Origin: a bacterium | GTDB lineage: Bacteria > Zhuqueibacterota > Zhuqueibacteria > Zhuqueibacterales > Zhuqueibacteraceae | Direction of reading: 5' to 3' | Length of the DNA stretch: 11,296 nucleotides | Assembly: GCA_044869275.1 (NCBI GenBank) | Contig: JBIOXB010000136.1 | Span: forward strand, 1 to 11,296 | Shown: positions 6,733 to 11,296 of the stretch, piece by piece | How the letters are laid out: the number at the start of each line of letters is the position of its first letter | Position numbering within the stretch: the first letter of the stretch is position 1 | Translations under genes and position numbers: made by a program | Notes under the pieces: model-generated | What the model saw: only the letters and a program-made list of their open reading frames with translations | Database searches by the model: none | What the model was told of the DNA's origin: nothing

Positions 6733-7650
6733 TCAGGATGAAAACGCCCGCAACTCTTCCGTCGTCGGCATCGAGCTTTGCGCGCCCATTTTCGTTACCG
6801 CGTACGCCGCGACGGTATTGGCAAATCGAATAGCTTCATCAATGCTCTTGCCGCCTGCCAGCGAAAAGGCCAACGCGCCATTGAACGCATCGCCGGCGCC
6901 GGTGGTGTCCACCGCTTGAACTTTCTTCGCCGGAAACAACTCGGCTCTTTCGTTATTCACCAAAAGCGCGCCTTTTTCACCCCTCGTGAGAATGATATTC
7001 TGCACGCCTTTCGCGAGCAACTTCGACCCAGCCGCTTGTGCCGAGGGTTGATCATGGATGTCTTGCTTGATAAGAAACGCTGCTTCCGTCTCATTGGGCG
7101 TGAGATAATCGATCAGACTCAAAAGCTGCTGCGGCAACTCACGCGCGGGCGCGGGATTCAAAATGACGATCGCACCGTGCTCCTTTGCCAGCCGCGCCGA
7201 GCGGGTGACGGTCTCCAGCGGAATTTCCAACTGCAATAAGACAATCTTTGTGGCAGTAAAAACGGCGCGTTTGCTTTCAATATCAGCCGGCGATAGATTC
7301 ATGTTGCTGCCGGAGACCACGACGATTTCATTTTGGCCGTTGCTGTCCACCGTGATGAGCGCCATGCCGGTGGCGGCATGGAGATCGATCAAGAGATGAT
7401 CAAGCTGCACGCCGTCATTTTGCATGCTGGCGCTGAGTTTTTCGCGAAAGAGATCGTTCCCCATTTTGCCGAGGAAATAAACATTGCCGCCAAGCTTCGC
7501 CGCAGCGACAGCTTGATTGGCGCCTTTGCCGCCGGGATACATGCCAAATTTTCTGCCAAACACGGTTTCGCCGGGCTGCGGAAAACGTTGCGTGGTAACG
7601 ACCAAGTCCATATTGGCGCTGCCGATGACGAGGATGGCATTGCGAGACAT
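6733..7650 (-). CDS. rbsK: Ribokinase (PfkB family), 305 aa
   Basis: It contains VIGSANMDL, PGGKGANQAVAAAKLG, LLQLEIP, LNPAPA, TPNETEA and VDTTGAGDAFNGALA. The neighbouring rbsD supports ribose specificity. Confidence 0.95.
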   Translation of the reverse strand: MSRNAILVIGSANMDLVVTTQRFPQPGETVFGRKFGMYPGGKGANQAVAAAKLGGNVYFLGKMGNDLFREKLSASMQNDGVQLDHLLIDLHAATGMALITVDSNGQNEIVVVSGSNMNLSPADIESKRAVFTATKIVLLQLEIPLETVTRSARLAKEHGAIVILNPAPARELPQQLLSLIDYLTPNETEAAFLIKQDIHDQPSAQAAGSKLLAKGVQNIILTRGEKGALLVNNERAELFPAKKVQAVDTTGAGDAFNGALAFSLAGGKSIDEAIRFANTVAAYAVTKMGAQSSMPTTEELRAFSS

Positions 7651-7674
7651 TATTTCTCACTTTTGTTTGCTGGG

Positions 7675-10600
7675 CTAACCAGCCAACTGAAGTTCATAGC
7701 GATGCTCATGCACCAACTTCGGCACAGAGAAAATCCCCGAAGGTTTATGCACGCCCTCCAATATATTGATCAGCGTGTTGGTCACTTTCAGCTCAAGCAT
7801 GTTTATACCTTCTTTCACCCAATCAGTCACCTCAACGCGGTACGGATGCCATGGCACGACGCGGCTTGGGCGTCCATTCACACTCACTTCCAGCACGTCG
7901 TCGCCGCAGTCGACTTCGAGAAATAATTTGCCGCCGAGGTATTTGCTCAGCACTGCGATTTCGGTGCGATAAATGCCGGTGCCCGAATAGAACGGATAAC
8001 CTTGTTTCGTCCAGTCACCGACTTTGATGGCCTGCTTCTTTTCGACAATCTTGAAACCATCATCAGATTTCTCCAAAGCAAAATCGCCGATGATTTTGAG
8101 CAAATCGAGAATGCCGTCGGTGCGGCGATTGGCGACTAGTTTTACGGCGATGACATTGCGGCCAGCATCCACATAGGGTTGAATATCGACTTCTTTGATT
8201 TCCGCATCCAGCTTGCTGCGCTGGCCTTTGTCTTTTATTTCCTTGCCGTTCACAAAAAGTTGATAGCCGGTTCCGCTGAAGCCATCGATCAACAGTCTGG
8301 TGTTTGGCGGTAAAGCCGCGATCTCAAACGACGCGCGATACCACAACGTCACCGGATAAGTGGCATGATCGCGTTCCTGCGGCAGTTGCATTTCCCACGC
8401 GCCGTTGGTGGCGTTGAGCCAGGCGGTATCATCAAAATCAAAATTGTGGAAGCCCCGCTCGAATCCAGAGCCGTCGTCCATCGTCATTTTCCATTGGGAG
8501 AGGAGCAGGGCGTTGTCCCCCTCAAGGTCAAAGGAGAATTTCCTGCCGAGGTGCAACGGGCGCAAAGGCTTTTTCACTTTGGCCATCAATCGTTGCGCGC
8601 CTTTGTCCGACGCGATCTTCGCATAAATTTTTTCGACGACCTCAGCGGTGTGGCCGACGAGTGTATTGCCGTCGAAACTTTCCACTGCCAAATTTGACTT
8701 GACGATGAACGGCTTTCTCAACTCGCCATTGAGAACCACGATGTGCGATACGCTCGCGGAGAAATCAAGAGCAATGACCAAACGTCCTTTTTTAACTTGA
8801 TAAATGTGAATAGGCGTGATGTTACCGGTATTCGGATTCCACAGCTCGGGCTGCGCCACGCGCTCAAATGAGATCTCAACCACGCCTTTGTCCTGCGTGC
8901 TGGTGTTGACGAAGAAATAGATATCGTAACCATCTTTTATGCGATGCAGATAAAAAACCTCTTCGTCGCTGATGGTAACATCCGGCGCAGCGCATTGATG
9001 GAGCAAGCGTTTGAGCTTCTTTTGGGCATGGGACTGATGCAGCCCTTTGCCCTGGATCACGAAGACATTGCCTTTGGTGTTCCGGTGCGTGATATGCACC
9101 TTTGCCTTGCCGCCATTTTTGAAATCTTCGAGCAATTTCGCCGGCGCCACCCCAAAAAGTCTCCTGAGGTCTCCCGCCGCGCCATTTTGCTTCGTCTCCA
9201 GAAACTCGATGGGCAGCAAAGTATCTGCAATCACGCTGCCGCCGCTTTTCACAAACTTTTGCAAAGCGTAAAAGGTTGATCTTTTGACATGGGTAACCGG
9301 CGGCAAAATGAAGACCGAATACTCCTCGTCGCGAATTATGATTTTGCCGTCCTCGATTTTCGCCTCGGCCAGCACGTCTTCATCGACATAATCGAAATCA
9401 TAGTGCAGCCGCAGCAGCGTGTCGGTCAGATAATTGAAATCGAACTCGATCACGTTGCCAATGTCGGTGCGTTTTTGCGGGACGTAGTTGGCCCAAATGC
9501 TGCTCAAGGGATAGAGCACGAGCACTTTCGCGACGTGGCGGCCACCGGAGAGAATGTGACTGAGGCGCAGGGCGTAATTCGTAAATTGATCGTAATACTT
9601 CCACCAGGTGTGATGATAAAATTGCGAGGGCGGCCAATCGCGTTTACGCTCGCCTTCAATCGAATAGTGATAGCCGTGATTGTTGAAGAGATTCACGCCG
9701 AGCACGTATTCCCAATTCGTCATCCATTTCATGCGCTCCAGCGTGCAGTCCCAATACGTGCCGCCCATGGACTCGCACAGGACGCGCGCGCTGCCGAAAT
9801 GATGCGCCGCCGAGCTGCCGATCTTCATCGCGACGTGCTGGTCCGGCTCTTTTGCGGTGCCAATTTTGGGATAAAGATGATCGACGCCAATGATGTGCAT
9901 ATGCTTCAGATATTTGAAGAGATTGCCTTCGCAGCGCGCGTGCATGCGCAGCCATTCTTCAAACAAAAGATGTCCGGTGAAGAGCACGCCGTTGGCTTCA
10001 CACCAATCACGCAGGCGTTGGTAGTAGGTTTCGGCATATTGCTCGGTCAGCGTGCGCCAAAAATCATAACGGATCTGCGCGGTTTTTTCGCCCATGCTGG
10101 TGTAAAGCGCGGGAAGGTACGGGCGCAGATCATAAGCGCGGCGCTCGCGAAAGATTTTGAACATTTGTTTTGACCACGGCACCACGTAGTTGTCGATGCC
10201 GACGTGATAATAATGCATCGCCGGCTCGTCGGTATAAAAACCGGGGACAATCGTGCCGAAATCTTTGCCGACCGCGGTTTTGTAGCGCTCGTGCGTGATC
10301 TCGATGAACCTCTCGGTGGATTCGGGATCGAGCGTGTCGATATAATATGGCACTTCTTTTTCGAGAAAATAGAGCAGACGCCATTTGCCGGGCGGCGCTT
10401 CCCACGGAATCACTCTTTCAAATGAAAGATTGGGCGTGAGATCGATGAGATTCTTGATTTCGCTTTGATATTCTTCTTCGGTGCAGCCAAATGCGGCAAT
10501 CGGATGTGAATTGCCGGTGTTGACGTAACGATTGTCGGTGGCTTCGAGAAAGGTAAACAGCGGGCCATCGACGTTGAGCGCGACCAGCTCCAAATAGCGC

Positions 10601-10953
10601 TGGGTGAGATGCGGATATTTCTTCAACACATTTCGTTCCGCCGTACCGCTCGGCCAATTCATTTCATCATAAACCCACAGGTCAATGCCAATTTCTTTGG
10701 CCTTTTCCACCGCAAATTTCACGCGCTCGAACCACGCGTCGGAGAGGTACGGCACTTTGAGCCCGAAGCGGCCATGAATAAAGATTCCAGGAATGCCCTT
10801 GCTCTGATACTCGCGCATCTGCCATTCCATTTCCTGCGGATCCAATTCGCCGTTCCAAAACCAAAAAGGCAGAATGCCCAATTCACGCGGAGGGGTTTTG
10901 AAATTTTCTCTGGTGAGAGTTTCACCCGTAAGCAATTTTTGGGAGAATGACAT
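7675..10953 (-). CDS. Large GH106-like glycoside hydrolase with a GATase-like middle domain and C-terminal GH2-type sugar-binding domains, 1092 aa, no signal peptide
   Basis: The N-terminal domain has PFWFWNG, YLSDAWFERVKFAVEKAKEIG, LWVYDEMNWPSG, GFYTDEP, LCESMG and GVNLFNNHGYHYS. The middle domain has FILPP...FVKSGGSVI. The C-terminal region has PELWNP.TG, LWYRASF and YSGTGIYR...LELKVTNTLIN. SD GAGGAAGG lies upstream. Confidence 0.85.
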   Translation of the reverse strand: MSFSQKLLTGETLTRENFKTPPRELGILPFWFWNGELDPQEMEWQMREYQSKGIPGIFIHGRFGLKVPYLSDAWFERVKFAVEKAKEIGIDLWVYDEMNWPSGTAERNVLKKYPHLTQRYLELVALNVDGPLFTFLEATDNRYVNTGNSHPIAAFGCTEEEYQSEIKNLIDLTPNLSFERVIPWEAPPGKWRLLYFLEKEVPYYIDTLDPESTERFIEITHERYKTAVGKDFGTIVPGFYTDEPAMHYYHVGIDNYVVPWSKQMFKIFRERRAYDLRPYLPALYTSMGEKTAQIRYDFWRTLTEQYAETYYQRLRDWCEANGVLFTGHLLFEEWLRMHARCEGNLFKYLKHMHIIGVDHLYPKIGTAKEPDQHVAMKIGSSAAHHFGSARVLCESMGGTYWDCTLERMKWMTNWEYVLGVNLFNNHGYHYSIEGERKRDWPPSQFYHHTWWKYYDQFTNYALRLSHILSGGRHVAKVLVLYPLSSIWANYVPQKRTDIGNVIEFDFNYLTDTLLRLHYDFDYVDEDVLAEAKIEDGKIIIRDEEYSVFILPPVTHVKRSTFYALQKFVKSGGSVIADTLLPIEFLETKQNGAAGDLRRLFGVAPAKLLEDFKNGGKAKVHITHRNTKGNVFVIQGKGLHQSHAQKKLKRLLHQCAAPDVTISDEEVFYLHRIKDGYDIYFFVNTSTQDKGVVEISFERVAQPELWNPNTGNITPIHIYQVKKGRLVIALDFSASVSHIVVLNGELRKPFIVKSNLAVESFDGNTLVGHTAEVVEKIYAKIASDKGAQRLMAKVKKPLRPLHLGRKFSFDLEGDNALLLSQWKMTMDDGSGFERGFHNFDFDDTAWLNATNGAWEMQLPQERDHATYPVTLWYRASFEIAALPPNTRLLIDGFSGTGYQLFVNGKEIKDKGQRSKLDAEIKEVDIQPYVDAGRNVIAVKLVANRRTDGILDLLKIIGDFALEKSDDGFKIVEKKQAIKVGDWTKQGYPFYSGTGIYRTEIAVLSKYLGGKLFLEVDCGDDVLEVSVNGRPSRVVPWHPYRVEVTDWVKEGINMLELKVTNTLINILEGVHKPSGIFSVPKLVHEHRYELQLAG

Positions 10954-10978
10954 GATCCTTCCTCTCTATCTCTCTCAG

Positions 10979-11162
10979 CGGATTGATGCATCGTTGGATG
11001 ACTGGAGTAATGGATTGCTGGATGACTGGAGTAATGGATTGCTGGATGACTGGAATAATGGATTGCTGGATGACTGGAGTAATGGATTGCTGGATGACTG
11101 GAGTAATGGATTGCTGGATGACTGGATTGCTGGAGTAATGCATTGCTGCCGCATTGGAGAAT
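10979..11162. repeat. Left arm of fold-back array 3: about 23 TGGA-type 8-mers, including five copies of a 24-bp higher-order unit (tggatgac-tggagtaa-tggattgc, 10995-11114)
   Basis: The 24-bp units start at 10995, 11019, 11043 (one g>a change), 11067 and 11091. The 8-bp phase continues through degenerate flanking units. Confidence 0.95.
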
Positions 11163-11165
11163 TAC

Positions 11166-11296
11166 CCCAACACTCCATCACTCCATCACTCCATCACTCC
11201 ATCACTCCATCACTCCATCACTCCATCACTCCATCACTCCATCACTCCAACACTCCAACACTCCAACACTCCAACACTCCAACACTCCAACACTCC
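11166..11296. repeat. Right arm of fold-back array 3: perfect (tccatcac)x9 followed by (tccaacac)x6+, truncated by the window end
   Basis: tccatcac runs 11174-11245 and tccaacac runs 11246-11293, followed by tcc. Confidence 0.97.

Noticed and set aside
6721..6737. Small hairpin cctgaag-ttg-cttcagg over the rbsK stop
   Set aside because: It has only a 7-bp stem with a 3-nt loop and no U-tract, which is too weak to call a terminator.
3789..10173. Long plus-strand ORFs (3789..4613, 4975..5469, 6410..6919, 6778..7239, 7333..7926, 9289..10173)
   Set aside because: They are shadow frames opposite genes with clear catalytic motifs.
515..11164. Near-equal spacing (about 5.3 kb) of the three TGGA/TCCA array centres
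   Set aside because: There are only two intervals, and positions are dictated by gene boundaries, so this is probably coincidence.
10922..11181. Repeat-peptide ORFs (VIQQSITP)n and (LLQSSSNP)n; likewise 353..589 and 5619..5840
   Set aside because: These are by-products of 8/24-bp DNA repeats that are open in more than one frame, with no evidence of coding selection. A leader-peptide role cannot be fully excluded.
10979..11296. CRISPR array or telomere interpretation
   Set aside because: There are no unique spacers and no cas genes. The same repeat family occurs internally at two other loci, so a contig break is simpler than a chromosome end.

Overview
This is a bacterial window carrying one minus-strand, operon-like carbohydrate catabolism cluster. 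In transcription order it contains: a large cytoplasmic GH106-like glycoside hydrolase (1092 aa), ribokinase (rbsK), a VOC/glyoxalase-fold protein, D-ribose pyranase (rbsD), an aldo/keto reductase, a secreted clan GH-A (GH39/GH5-like) hydrolase, an ureidoglycolate-lyase-like cupin, a 68-aa remnant that looks internally deleted, a second TIM-barrel putative hydrolase (DUF6259-like), and a sugar-phosphate isomerase/epimerase that runs off the left end and is missing from the ORF track. The most unusual signal is non-coding. Every intergenic gap over 100 bp holds a fold-back array of roughly 8-bp periodic units: three (TGGANNNN)n...(TCCANNNN)n elements at 410-608, 5772-5872 and 10979-end, and one CGCAAAG/CTTTGCG element at 3069-3168. 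The right-hand element has a 24-bp higher-order repeat, and the window ends inside a perfect tandem run. I found no rRNA, tRNA, CRISPR array, transposase or transporter gene. All family assignments come from motif recognition only; no searches were run.
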